DNA from: Alphaproteobacteria bacterium
GTDB lineage: Bacteria; Pseudomonadota; Alphaproteobacteria; GCA-2731375
Assembly (NCBI GenBank): GCA_965225945.1
Contig: CBDDBZ010000037.1
Span: 1 to 64,000, forward strand
Length of the DNA: 64,000 bases
Direction: 5' to 3'
A program made the translations under genes and the position numbers. This document shows, piece by piece, positions 51,652-62,255 of this stretch; position 1 is the first letter of the stretch; every line of letters begins with the position of its first letter. Below the pieces are notes generated by a model. The model had not been told where the DNA came from. It saw only the letters and a program-made list of their open reading frames with translations, and ran no database searches.

Positions 51652-53004
51652 ATGGACAACGATCACTCGGCGGTTCAGACCAACGATTACTGGCTCGATC
51701 TCGATCGGCGGTATCGGATCCAGTCCCGCCACACGCATCCGATCTGCCTGGCCCGCGGCGAAGGAGTTCGGCTTTGGGACGTCGAAGGTAATGCGTACCT
51801 CGACTTCGAAGCAGGACAGATATGCGTAAGCACCGGACATTGTCACCCGGAATACGTTGCCGCTTTGAAAGCGCAAGCGGAGACGTTGATTCAGACCGGC
51901 TCGGCCTATACCGCGACGGCGCCGATCCTGCTGCAAAAGAAACTCGCCGAGATCACCCCGGGCGCCTTTCAGAAATCATTCCTGGCCTGCTCGGGCGCCG
52001 AATCGAATGAAGCGGCGATCCGCCTGGCAAAGGCTTATACCGGCGCTTACGAGATCGTCTCCTTCTCGGGCAACTATCACGGCAAGACCTTGGGAAGCTG
52101 GAGCGCGACCGGCTTCGGCGGGGCTGCGCGGGCGCCTTACGGGCCAGGCCTACCGGGCATGATCTTCCTGCCGACGCCGTTCGCGTATCCGGTGCCGGGC
52201 GCCGAGCCCTATTCCCATGAGGACGAGGCGGTAGTGGATGCCTGCATCGCCTTCTGTGAGCGCCATCTGGACGCGGCGAGCAGCGGGAAACCGGCAGCCT
52301 TCATGGTGGAACTCATCCAGGGCGCGGCAGGGGTGCAGGTGCTGCCCAAACGCTTCGTTCAGTGGATCCGCCGCGCCTGCGACGAACGGGCTGCGCTGAT
52401 GATCGTGGACGAAGCGCAAACCGGCATGGGCCGTCTCGGCGGATCGTGGTGGGGCTTCGAGCATTTCGACATCGTTCCCGACGTCATCACGGCATCCAAG
52501 ACGCTCGGCGGCGGGGTCCCGCTGAGCGCAGTGATCACGACCGCCGAGATCGCCGACGCGGCCGTTGATCGCGGCTACGGCCAGAGTTCTTCGCACACCG
52601 GCGACCCGCTGCTGGCGGCGGCCGGACTCGCCAACATCGCCATAATCGAACGCCTGAGCCTCTTGGAGAACGTTGCCGAGCTCAGTGCCTACATGAGACG
52701 TCGGCTCGAGGCCTTGGCCGAAAGTAGTGCGGTTTTACGAGAGATTCGCGGCATCGGCTTCATCCTAGGGCTGGAGCTCGTGCGCTCGAAAGCCACTGGC
52801 GAGCCGAACGAAGACGCGACGGAAGCCTTCACGCTTGCATGCCGCGAGCGCGGTCTTCTTACCGGTTGGTGGCGGGACAGCAACCTGGCGCCGAACATCG
52901 TCCGCCTGATGCCGCCTTACATCCTGACGCGGGAGGAAGCCGACCTCGCCCTCGCCATTATCGAGGCGGCGTTGGCGACGGTCGAACCGGCGCTGGCGGC
53001 GTAA
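51652..53004 (+). CDS. Class III aminotransferase
   Basis: SGAESNE, YHGKT, DEAQTG, ASKTLGGG. Confidence 0.95.
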   Translation: MDNDHSAVQTNDYWLDLDRRYRIQSRHTHPICLARGEGVRLWDVEGNAYLDFEAGQICVSTGHCHPEYVAALKAQAETLIQTGSAYTATAPILLQKKLAEITPGAFQKSFLACSGAESNEAAIRLAKAYTGAYEIVSFSGNYHGKTLGSWSATGFGGAARAPYGPGLPGMIFLPTPFAYPVPGAEPYSHEDEAVVDACIAFCERHLDAASSGKPAAFMVELIQGAAGVQVLPKRFVQWIRRACDERAALMIVDEAQTGMGRLGGSWWGFEHFDIVPDVITASKTLGGGVPLSAVITTAEIADAAVDRGYGQSSSHTGDPLLAAAGLANIAIIERLSLLENVAELSAYMRRRLEALAESSAVLREIRGIGFILGLELVRSKATGEPNEDATEAFTLACRERGLLTGWWRDSNLAPNIVRLMPPYILTREEADLALAIIEAALATVEPALAA

Positions 53005-53024
53005 GAAGGGGCGGCATACGCCCT

Positions 53025-54803
53025 TCATGCGCGACTTGCCGAACGGCTGCGACGCAAGCCTGCCCGCTTGGTTCGCGTTGCCTCCAAATCCACGGCATCA
53101 GCGGCAACGTCGAAGCAGACGCCGTAGTTCTCCCGCGCCGCTTGCCGCCCTACCTTGCCTTCCCGGACGTCATCGTCGACGAGAGCCGGATCGCGCAGCA
53201 GCCGGTCACCCCAACCACCGGCGCCCGCGGTCCGGTGCACGACCATCTGGTCGCGCCTGAACGACGTCGTCACTTTCGTCGGCAGGAGTTCAACACCATC
53301 CTCCGAGACCAATCGAGTCATCGACGGCGCCCCCGGTCCACCGCCGGACAACGGATAGGGCTGGAACTTTCGCCGGTCGGAACGTACCTGCAGGAACGCC
53401 GTCCCGTCGAGCAACCGGTGCGCCCGCTCGATCGCCAGCCCACCACGGTATTGGCCGACACCGCCGGTATCGGGGACGAAGCCGTAGTGTTCGATACGGA
53501 TCGGATTATCACGCTCGATGATCTCGATTGGAATGTTGGAGACGTTGAGCGAGATGCCGGTGATGCCGTCGATCCCGTCCTTGTCGGGCCGCCCGCCCCA
53601 CCCGCAGCCGACCGAGTCCATCAGGAGATAAGCCTTACCGGCCTTCTCGCCGGCGATCATCACCACCGAGATGCCGCCTTCACTGGCAGCGAACACTCGG
53701 TCCGGCACGACCTCGGCCATTGCCCCCATCACGGCGTCGACAATCCGAAAACAGGTGAGCGCGCGGGCCGCCACCGCCGCCGGCGGGCGTGGATTGACGA
53801 TGACGCCCTCCGGCGCGCGCACGGTTATGGTCTTGAAGATGCCGGCATTGTTGGGAATGTTCGGATCCATCAGGGTGCGAATGGAAAACCACGTCGCGGA
53901 CTGGCTCGACGCGAAAGTCGAGTTGATGGCGCTATCGACCTGTGGCGAGGTGCCGTCGAAATCGACCGTCACCTGGCTGCCCGAGATCACCACCTTGACG
54001 CAAATCTCGATCGGAGAATCGAGGGTGATGCCGTCGTCGTCGATATAGTCGGTGAACTGGTAGGTGCCGTCCGGCCAGGCCGCGATATCTCGACGCGCCA
54101 TCTGCTCGCTCTGGTCGATGAGGTCCTGGCTATAGGCCAGAAGCGCTTCCGGCGTATAGCGGCGGGCGAGCCGGACCAGCTCGCCTTCACCGACGTGGAG
54201 GGCGGCGAGCTGAGCGCGAAAGTCGCCGAGCACGCTTTCGGGAACGCGGACGTTGCGTTCGATCATATCGAACAGCGTCTCGTTCTCCCGTCCACGGTGA
54301 TAGAGCCGGTTCGGCCCGATCCGAAGGCCCTCGGCGTAGATTTCGCTCGAATCGCAGGCATTGCCGCCGGGCGCGCGCCCGCCAATGTCCGCTTGGTGAG
54401 CGACGGTCGCGGGAAAGCCGATGAGCCGGCCGTCCACGAATACCGGCTTGATGATGAAGACGTCGGGCAAGTGCATGCCGCCGGCGTAGGGATCGTTCAT
54501 GACGAAGACATCGCCTGGCCCCATGTCGTTGCCGAAGCGATCCAGCACGCTTCGCATCGCCACCGGAAAGGCACCTAGATGGAGCGGCAACGTCAGACCT
54601 TGCGCGACCATCTCTCCCGCCGGATCGAGAAACGCGGTCGAAAAGTCCATGACGTCGCGGAGGGTTCCCGAATAGGCGGTGCGGACCACCGTCAGGGCCA
54701 TCTCATCGACCACCGATTCGAGCCCGTTCCTGACCAGTTCGCGGGTAATGGCATCGCGCTCTCCACCGGCGCGGGCCTTTGGGCGGGTCGGCTTTTCATT
54801 CAT
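53025..54803 (-). CDS. Hydantoinase B/oxoprolinase subunit
   Basis: RTAYS..RD..DFS, NDPY.GGMHLPD, HQADIGG, GAGGWGD. Confidence 0.95.
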   Translation of the reverse strand: MNEKPTRPKARAGGERDAITRELVRNGLESVVDEMALTVVRTAYSGTLRDVMDFSTAFLDPAGEMVAQGLTLPLHLGAFPVAMRSVLDRFGNDMGPGDVFVMNDPYAGGMHLPDVFIIKPVFVDGRLIGFPATVAHQADIGGRAPGGNACDSSEIYAEGLRIGPNRLYHRGRENETLFDMIERNVRVPESVLGDFRAQLAALHVGEGELVRLARRYTPEALLAYSQDLIDQSEQMARRDIAAWPDGTYQFTDYIDDDGITLDSPIEICVKVVISGSQVTVDFDGTSPQVDSAINSTFASSQSATWFSIRTLMDPNIPNNAGIFKTITVRAPEGVIVNPRPPAAVAARALTCFRIVDAVMGAMAEVVPDRVFAASEGGISVVMIAGEKAGKAYLLMDSVGCGWGGRPDKDGIDGITGISLNVSNIPIEIIERDNPIRIEHYGFVPDTGGVGQYRGGLAIERAHRLLDGTAFLQVRSDRRKFQPYPLSGGGPGAPSMTRLVSEDGVELLPTKVTTSFRRDQMVVHRTAGAGGWGDRLLRDPALVDDDVREGKVGRQAARENYGVCFDVAADAVDLEATRTKRAGLRRSRSASRA

Positions 54804-56765
54804 GGCGCGTGCTCCAGCCAAACGTTGCCCAAGGGGTCACACCGCGCCGTGAAGTCGGGCGGTACCAGGATCGTGGCATCGTACTCTTCGACGATCAGCG
54901 GTCCCGCCACCGCCGCTTGCCCGAGCGCGGAACGGGAGCTGTGAACCGGCGTCCAGCGGTTTCCGAACAAGGGCCCGAAATAACATTCCCGTTCTTCCCT
55001 TGCGCGCGCTCTCTCCGCCGGGACCGTTTCCGGCAGCGTCGGCTCGAAGCGCTCCGCTGTCCAGGGATTGGCGGCCCGCGTGACCAGCCGAAGATTCACG
55101 ACTTCCACCGGCGCCCCCGGTTTGTCATGGCCAAAGAGCCTTTCGTGTTCCGCCGCGAAGCGCGCCTCGATCGCCGCCAGTTCCTCGCCACCGCGCGGAA
55201 TTGGGATTCTCAGCTCATGGCCCTGGCCACGATATCTGAGATCCGCGAACCATTCGATCGCCACGTCGGCCGGTCGATCCCCCAAGGGCGGCGCGGGCGA
55301 TGCCGCAGCGCTCGCCTCCAGGCCATCGAAGTGCGTGAACATCGTTTTGTCGAGCCCGACTCTCGAGCCGGGCACCGTATGAACGAAGTGTCGGGTGATG
55401 TCGGCGAAGAGCAGCCCGAAGGCGCTGAAAAGGCCCGGATGCAGCGGAATGAGGACCGCCCTGATATCGAACTCCCGGGCGAGCGCGGCGGCGTGGATCG
55501 GGCCGCTACCACCGAAGGCCACCAAGTGAAAGTTCCGGACGTCGCGACCGCGTTCCGTCGACACCGCACGCACCGCCCTCGCCATGTTGGCGTTCGCGAT
55601 CTCGTGCACGCCGAAGGCGGCGGTCGGGATATCGAGTGACGTCGGCTCCGCCACTTCCGCCTTCATCGACCTCTCCGCCGCGTTCCGATCGAGCGGAACC
55701 GCGCCGCCGGCGATGCTGTTCGGGTTGATGTAGCCCAGAATGACATTGGCATCGGTGACCGTCGGCTTGTCGCCACCCTGCCCATAGCAGGCCGGGCCCG
55801 GATTGGCCCCCGCTCCCCGCGGGCCGACGCGCAGACCGCCACCGCCGTCGACCCAGGCGATGCTGCCGCCGCCGGCGCCGACTTCGGCGATGTCGATGAC
55901 CGGTGTGCGCAAGAGATAGCCGCTGCCCTTGATCAGCCGGCTATTGCGCGACACGTCGCCGCCGACCTCGAACTCCTCGGAATAGCTGAGCCTACCCTCT
56001 TCGATAATGGATGCTTTCGCCGTCGTGCCACCCATGTCGAAGCTGATCGCATTCGCGATCCCGGCTCGCTCGGCAAGCCATCGCGTGGCGATAACCCCCG
56101 CGGCCGGCCCAGACTCGATCGCATAGACCGGCCGTTCCGCCGTCGCCGCAATATCCTGGACGCCGCCGTTCGACTGCATGATGAAGACCGGACAAGTGAC
56201 GTTCGCTCCGTCGAGCCGATGGCGAAGGCTGTCGAGGTAGCGACGCATTTTCGGCTTGATATAGGCATCCGCGGCGGTGGTCGAGGTCCGCTCGAATTCC
56301 TTGATCTCCGGCAACACCTCTGAAGAGACGGACACTTCGATGTTCGGCAACGCCTCACGCAACACTTCCTTCGCCGCCAATTCGTGGGCTGCATTGACGT
56401 AGGCGTTGAGGAAGCAGACGGCGACCGACTCGACCCTTTGTTCGGCCAATGTCTCGGCGAGCCCCCTCAATGCCTCCAGATCGAGGGGGCGCACGACACT
56501 GCCGTCCGCCGCGATCCGTTCTGGCACTTCGAAGCGCAATCGTCGCGGCACCAACGGGTGCGGCTTTGTCCAGCCGATGTCGTAGAGACGTGGCGTGCGC
56601 AAGCGGCCGATCTCGAGAATGTCGCGAAAGCCTTCGGTGCATGGAACGAAACCGCTTTCAGCGGTAGTTCGTGGTGCCGGGCGGTGAGGTCGGTGGCGTA
56701 ACGGATGGGTCGATCCTGTGTTGAGGTTTGGAGTTCCGAAGCTCACGCAACACGGGAGCAGACCC

Positions 56766-57671
56766 ATGACCGATAGTGACAAGACCATCAGCCCGCTGCG
56801 CCAGCGCATGATCGACGACATGGTGCTTCGCGGCTTCAGTGCCAACACGCAGCGCGGCTACATCAGTGCGGTGGCCGGCTTTTCCGACTTTCTCGCACGC
56901 TCTCCGGATCGGGCGGAGGCGGAGGATCTCAGGCGCTATCAAGTGCATATGCGCAAAGCAGGCGCATCGGCGACGACGATGAACGCGGCGGTCTCGGCAT
57001 TGCGGTTCTTCTTCGGCGTCACGCTCGGCCGAGGCGACGCCGAGATCGGCATGACGACGGTGGCAATGCCGCGCAAGCTGCCGGTGATCCTGAGCGTCGA
57101 GGAAATGGCGCGGCTTCTCGATGCCGCCCCCGGTCCCAAATACAAGGCGGCCTTTTCGCTGGCCTATGGCGCCGGCCTGCGCGCTTCGGAGGTGGTCCAT
57201 CTCAAGGTCCCGGACATCGACAGCAACCGCAAGACGCTTCGCATCGAGCAAGGTAAGGGCCGCCGAGATCGCTACGCCATGCTCTCGGATCGCGCCGTCG
57301 AGCAGCTCAGGGTCTGGTGGTTGCTTGGCCGCGCCCGCGGCGTGATGCTGCCCGGCGGTTGGCTGTTTCCAGGCCAGAACCCGGTCAACCCGTTGACCAC
57401 CCGCCAGCTCCGTCGCGCCCTCGATGGCGCCAAGGCGGGGGCGGGGATCGAGAAGCGGATCTCGCTTCACACGCTGCGCCACTGCTTCGCCACCCATCTC
57501 CTCGAACAGGGCGTCGACATCCGCGTGATCCAGGTTCTACTGGGGCACAAGAAGCTGGAGACCACGGCTCACTACACCCAGGTCGCCAGCACCACCTTGC
57601 GGCGCGCCAAGAGCCCACTGGACCTGCTCGAGCCGCCGACGCCCAAGACCAAGCGCAAGCCGCCGAAGTGA
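56766..57671 (+). CDS. Tyrosine recombinase (integron-integrase-like SAM N-terminus)
   Basis: GLRASE, GKGRRDR, HTLRH, LLGH, TAHY. Confidence 0.95.
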   Translation: MTDSDKTISPLRQRMIDDMVLRGFSANTQRGYISAVAGFSDFLARSPDRAEAEDLRRYQVHMRKAGASATTMNAAVSALRFFFGVTLGRGDAEIGMTTVAMPRKLPVILSVEEMARLLDAAPGPKYKAAFSLAYGAGLRASEVVHLKVPDIDSNRKTLRIEQGKGRRDRYAMLSDRAVEQLRVWWLLGRARGVMLPGGWLFPGQNPVNPLTTRQLRRALDGAKAGAGIEKRISLHTLRHCFATHLLEQGVDIRVIQVLLGHKKLETTAHYTQVASTTLRRAKSPLDLLEPPTPKTKRKPPK

Positions 57672-57684
57672 GCCGGCGGCCTCG

Positions 57685-58899
57685 GTGCCGCGTCCCGCGC
57701 TCGAGGTCCAGGACATCTTCCGCGACCACGGGCCCGGCTTCCGTCGGGCCCGGGCCGGTCGTCTGAGCCTCGGCCAACTGAAGGTCATGTCGGCGATCGA
57801 GTGTTGCCGCACCGCCGCGCTCGGCGGTCATGTCGCGGCCTGCGAGGACTGCGGGCAGAACCACATCGCCTACAATTCCTGTCGCAACCGCCATTGTCCC
57901 AAATGCCAAGGCCAGGTCGCGCGCGAATGGCTGGCGGCGCGAGAGGCCGAACTGCTCTCCGTCCCCTACTACCATCTCGTCTTCACCCTGCCAGCGGCGA
58001 TCGCCGACATCGCCTATCAGAACAAGTCGGTGATCTACGATATCCTGTTCAAGGCGAGCGCCGAGACCATGCTCACCATCGCCGCCGATCCCAAGCATCT
58101 CGGCGCCAAGATCGGCATCACCGCCGTGCTCCACACCTGGGGCTCGGCCATGACCCACCATCCCCACATCCACATGATCGTGCCGGGTGGCGGAATCTCA
58201 CCTGACGGTAGCAGTTGGATCTCTTGCCGGCCCGGCTTCTTCCTGCCCGTCCGCGTGCTCTCGCGCCTCTTCCGCCGCCTCTTCATCGAGAAGCTCCTCG
58301 CCGCCCACGAGGCAGGGCGCCTGAAGTTCTTCACCGACCACACCAGCCTCGCCGAGCCGGCGGCCTTCCGTGTCTTCCTCGCACCGATGCGCAAACAAGA
58401 ATGGGTCGTCTACGCCAAGCCGCCCTTCGGCGGACCAGAGGCCGTGCTCGCCTATCTCTCCCGCTACACCCACCGTGTCGCCATCTCGAACAGCCGCCTG
58501 GTCAGCTGCGACAGCCAAGGCGTCATCTTCAAGTACAAGGACTACCGGCGCAAAGGACGCGAGCGCTACAAGACCTTGCCCCTGGCCGTGCCCGAGTTCA
58601 TCCGCCGCTTCCTCCTCCATGTCCTGCCCTCGGGCTTTCACCGCATCCGCCATTACGGCCTCTTCGCCAACGGCGGTCGCACCCGCAACATCTCCCTTGC
58701 CCGCGAACTGCTTGCCATGCCGGCACCGGAGAGTGAGGCCGACGATGCCGCGAGTGACGATGATACCGAACCGCCGTCCCTCTCAGAGCCCTGCCCGCAG
58801 TGCGGCGGCCGTATGATCGTCATCGAGCGCTTCGAGGCCGGCGCCCAACCACGCGCCCCGCCCCGTGCACGGCCCCTGGCCAGGGCCACGGCAGCATGA
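57685..58899 (+). CDS. IS91 family rolling-circle transposase
   Basis: CEDC..SCRNRHCPKC Zn finger, HLVFTLP, HPHIH (HUH), YLSRY (Y2), IRHYG. Confidence 0.95.
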   Translation: MPRPALEVQDIFRDHGPGFRRARAGRLSLGQLKVMSAIECCRTAALGGHVAACEDCGQNHIAYNSCRNRHCPKCQGQVAREWLAAREAELLSVPYYHLVFTLPAAIADIAYQNKSVIYDILFKASAETMLTIAADPKHLGAKIGITAVLHTWGSAMTHHPHIHMIVPGGGISPDGSSWISCRPGFFLPVRVLSRLFRRLFIEKLLAAHEAGRLKFFTDHTSLAEPAAFRVFLAPMRKQEWVVYAKPPFGGPEAVLAYLSRYTHRVAISNSRLVSCDSQGVIFKYKDYRRKGRERYKTLPLAVPEFIRRFLLHVLPSGFHRIRHYGLFANGGRTRNISLARELLAMPAPESEADDAASDDDTEPPSLSEPCPQCGGRMIVIERFEAGAQPRAPPRARPLARATAA

Positions 58900-59171
58900 C
58901 CGACACCGCTTCGAATAACGCTATTGCCGCCGCTCACCCGCGGCCACGATCCCGCTCGCCGCAACACCATCGAGCGCGCAGGGAACCACCTGCGAGACCC
59001 GCCGGCATCGACCCGAAGTCGCCATCAAACCACCCTGCCGGTGTCGTCGCCAATCAGATCCGAGCCATCCAGCAGCGCCGGCCACCCGAGAAAGCTGGCC
59101 CGCCGCTCGCAAATCCCCATAGACCGAGCGTGCCGCACCGCCGAGCCTAGTCCTGCCCGCGGTTTCCTCCC

Positions 59172-59250
59172 TTAAGCGTTGTCCGACACCTGCCGATCCA
59201 GTCCGCCGGATGCAACCCCTGCGCCTCGGCAGGTGTCCGACAACGCTTAA
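59172..59250. other. Terminal 25-bp stem hairpin, attC-like
   Basis: Arms 59172-59196 and 59226-59250, one C:C mismatch, 29-nt loop; minus-strand junction G|TTAAGC. Confidence 0.8.
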
Positions 59251-59503
59251 CAGATGAGCGCGGTTCGCGCGCCCTCGCGCTCGATGACGGCATTGGTTGC
59301 GATCGTGGTGCCGTGCACCAATGTCACAACGTCCCGCGCCTCATCGCCACCCTCTTCGATCAGCCTCGCAAGACCATCGACAGTCGCGATCGAATAGTCC
59401 TCGACCGTCGACAGGCGTTTCTCCACGGCAAGCCCACCAGCATCGCTCAACAATACGATGTCGGTAAATGTCCCCCCGATGTCGGCACCGACGAGCAGCA
59501 TTA

Positions 59504-60430
59504 CTAGACCTTCCGACGCAACGCCGGCCCGGTGTTCGCATTCCCCAACCAGGGCCCGAGTTCGCCGAGTGCCGTGCGCAGCGCGGCGGTCGTCTCATCC
59601 TGGATGTCGTAGAGCGGTGGCCGGGTCGGTCCGGCGCTTCGACCGACCATTGCCAATGCCTGCTTTAGCGGCGCCGGATTCGGCTCGGCATAGATCGCGC
59701 GGCAAAGCGGCATGATGGCGTGCTGCAAGGCGCGCGCGTGGGCGACGTCGCCGGCCCGGAAGGCATTGCACAGCTCGACAAACAGACGCGGCGCCAGGCA
59801 AGCGCCCGAGATGATCGCACCGCGACCACCGACGGCGAGCGTCGGCAGGATCAGCTCGTCAAACCCCTGCAAGACCGAAAACCGCCCGGGCGCGAGATGC
59901 GCCAGTTGCGTAACGGCGTGCATGTCGCCGCTCGCTTCCTTTATGGCGACGAGATGGGGAATTGCATCGAGGAGCTCCAGAATGAATGCGACCTCGAGAT
60001 CGACGCCCGCGCGCCGGGGCGTGTTGAACAGGATCATCGGCAGGTCGACAGCCGCCGCGACGTCGATGAGGTGCCGCTTGACGTGGTGCGGCGTCGCCAT
60101 GACGAAATAGGGGGGCAGCACCATGATGGCATCGGCGCCTGCCGCCTTCGCGTGCTTACCGATCTCGATGATATCGGGCTGCGATGCGTTGAGGCAGCCG
60201 ACGATCACTCCGATCCCGCCGTCCGCTTCCGCGACGACACACTCGATCACCTGCTTCTGTTCGTCGATCGTTTGGGCAAGCGGCTCACCGGTGCCGCCCA
60301 AAGCGCATACCCCCCGCACCCCCGCTGCAACTTGAAAGCGCACACTTTCCCGAATGGAATCAAGATCGAGGGCGCCGTCACGAGCGAAGGAGGTCACCAG
60401 TGCGGTGAATATGCCCTCCGCTTCGAACAT
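59504..60430 (-). CDS. Dihydrodipicolinate synthase family lyase
   Basis: GIFTALVT.F, GGTGE, PPYF, AIKEASGD, EPNPAPLK. Confidence 0.9.
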   Translation of the reverse strand: MFEAEGIFTALVTSFARDGALDLDSIRESVRFQVAAGVRGVCALGGTGEPLAQTIDEQKQVIECVVAEADGGIGVIVGCLNASQPDIIEIGKHAKAAGADAIMVLPPYFVMATPHHVKRHLIDVAAAVDLPMILFNTPRRAGVDLEVAFILELLDAIPHLVAIKEASGDMHAVTQLAHLAPGRFSVLQGFDELILPTLAVGGRGAIISGACLAPRLFVELCNAFRAGDVAHARALQHAIMPLCRAIYAEPNPAPLKQALAMVGRSAGPTRPPLYDIQDETTAALRTALGELGPWLGNANTGPALRRKV

Positions 60431-60962
60431 GACCGTGCCTCGCATCAGGTCCGACGTCCAAGGAACTCCGCGACCGGCTCGTCGACGTCGGTGAAATCCT
60501 CGTCCTCCGTCATCACCATCTGGTGTTGCGTCGGAAAGCGGTGACGCTTGAACGAGAGCTGGCGCATCGAGCTAGCCTAAGACCAAACTCACTTTCCGGC
60601 CAGTGGCGCGTCACCTACACGATTTTGTCATCGCGGTGGGGTTGGCGATCTGGCGGGTGGCCGTTTCGCGGTGATACGGGAGCCGACGGCCGAATGTCGG
60701 CTTCTCTATCGCGTCCTCGGTCAAGCCCTTTCTGGTTACGTCATGCCATATTCCTTCTTCACGTCGTTCCGCACTGGCGGATGTTGCCGCACGGGGCTCT
60801 TGCTTCTCTTCGAGGTTGGCGCGTGGCCACCTCATGATGGGATCAGAGGATGAGGCGGTTCAATCTTTCGCGCGTCCTTGCCGCCGGTCAGCGGCAGGGT
60901 CTACCGACATTACGAACTCACCCCACCCGTCGTCCCCGTGAGGACATCTCTCTGCCTAAGCA

Positions 60963-61430
60963 TGAGTCGGACCCGATTTCCTTGGACACAGAATTGGCTT
61001 AATCGAAGTGTCCAAGGAGGACCGGAACATGACCGACAATTTTGAGAACAAAGTTGCTGTTGATGGGCCTGTGGTAAACGAGGGCGAGCTTGGCTCGTCC
61101 ACGTTTTCCCCGGGCCAGGTTTCGCCGGCAGGCCCGCTGGGACTTGGCCAGCGGTGGACGGTGACGCGCAAGCGTGAGGTTGCCCTGCGGCTTTTGCGTG
61201 GCGAGCCGGTGGAACTTTTGTCGCGGCAGTTGGGCGTGGAGATTTTCCGGCTCGAGCAGTGGCGTGAGAAGGCGATCGCCGGGATCGATGCCTCGCTCAA
61301 GGAACGCAAGGGCGATCCGGTAAAGGCGGAACTGGACATCGCCATGAAGCGGATCGGGGAGTTGATCATGCAGGTGGAACTGCTGGAGGCCAAGACGGAG
61401 ACGTCCGGCCCTTTGGGGCGGCGACGAGCA
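60963..61430 (+). mobile_element. IS3 family remnant (left end + OrfA only)
   Basis: TG-initiated end; RWTVTRKREVALRLLRGE..LSRQLGV HTH; KRIGEL..QVELL zipper; no OrfB. Confidence 0.7.
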
Positions 61431-61620
61431 ATCGCGGATAGACGCGCTCGCCGGCGTCGACGCATCCGCCGTTGGCGTCCCACTTCCACATGGCCGGTCC
61501 CGTCAGAATCTTTCGACCTCGAGACTCTGGAGCAGGCCCCTTAAGAGAGAGATACTTTCGCGCGCTTCCACGCTCGGGCGAAGTTCTCTGCTCGCTCAAT
61601 GTCCGAGCCAAAAGTCACCA

Positions 61621-62109
61621 TCAGCGACTTTTGGAGGCCTCGCCGTCGTCGGCGAGGGAATAGCGGAAATCGCAGTGGCTGGCGCCCTGCATGATCGTCT
61701 GGCCCCGCTCCAGCTTGATAGCCGGATTGAAACCCTCGCAGAAAGCGCCGTCGCGATTGCAGCTCAACAGATGGCCGATCTCGCCCAGGCCCATCTCGCG
61801 GTACATCTCCGCGTAGCGGCAGCGCACGACGTCGAAGTCGAAGCGTTGTTCCGATTCCTCCAACACTTCGATTTGAAGCGCGTCCTCCTTCTGCCAGTTC
61901 GGCAGCAGGCGGGCGAAAGCCGGCAGGTCCGCCGCGCCCTCCTCCCGCGCCGCGAGGCCTTGCCCGTATTCGATGGCGTTGCGACGGATCGCCTTATCCA
62001 GGACGTCGCGCGCCGCCGCCTCGCCGAAGGCACGCACCATCTCCTCGTAGATCGGCTTGATGACGCTGGCCTCGATACGTCGGAGTTGGATGATCGGCAG
62101 GTCGTTCAT
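61621..62109 (-). CDS. L-2-amino-thiazoline-4-carboxylate hydrolase-like protein
   Basis: VRCRYAEMY, LSCNRD, QTIMQGASHCDFRY. Confidence 0.85.
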   Translation of the reverse strand: MNDLPIIQLRRIEASVIKPIYEEMVRAFGEAAARDVLDKAIRRNAIEYGQGLAAREEGAADLPAFARLLPNWQKEDALQIEVLEESEQRFDFDVVRCRYAEMYREMGLGEIGHLLSCNRDGAFCEGFNPAIKLERGQTIMQGASHCDFRYSLADDGEASKSR

Positions 62110-62255
62110 GGCTGCTCTCCGTGGGCTGAAACGGGGTGGGGGGCCGCTCGACCCCACTATAGCTCGGCTCGCGCCCCGACCCATGGCGCATGGCCCAATC
62201 CATTCGGTATGCTCGCACCCGGTACTCCCCTTCGCCAGCCTCGAGGAAACCAAAC

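Larger units (their letters stand above)
56640..59250 (+). mobile_element. Tyrosine recombinase + IS91-like HUH (Y2) transposase element, 2611 bp
   Basis: Borders from the interrupted gene; only CA/TG shared at the junctions, no TSD or TIR; terminal hairpin 59172-59250. Confidence 0.85.
54800..59501 (-). pseudogene. Hydantoinase A subunit interrupted by the recombinase + IS91 element
   Basis: N-part DIGGTFTD..HGTTIATN..TALIC (59251-59501); C-part TEGFRD..SGPAAG..DMGGTT. Rejoined junction reads TALICTEGFRD. Confidence 0.9.

Noticed and set aside
56766-57671. Integron with cassette array
   Set aside because: The recombinase lacks the long IntI-specific insertion, is paired with an IS91-type transposase, and only one attC-like hairpin exists.
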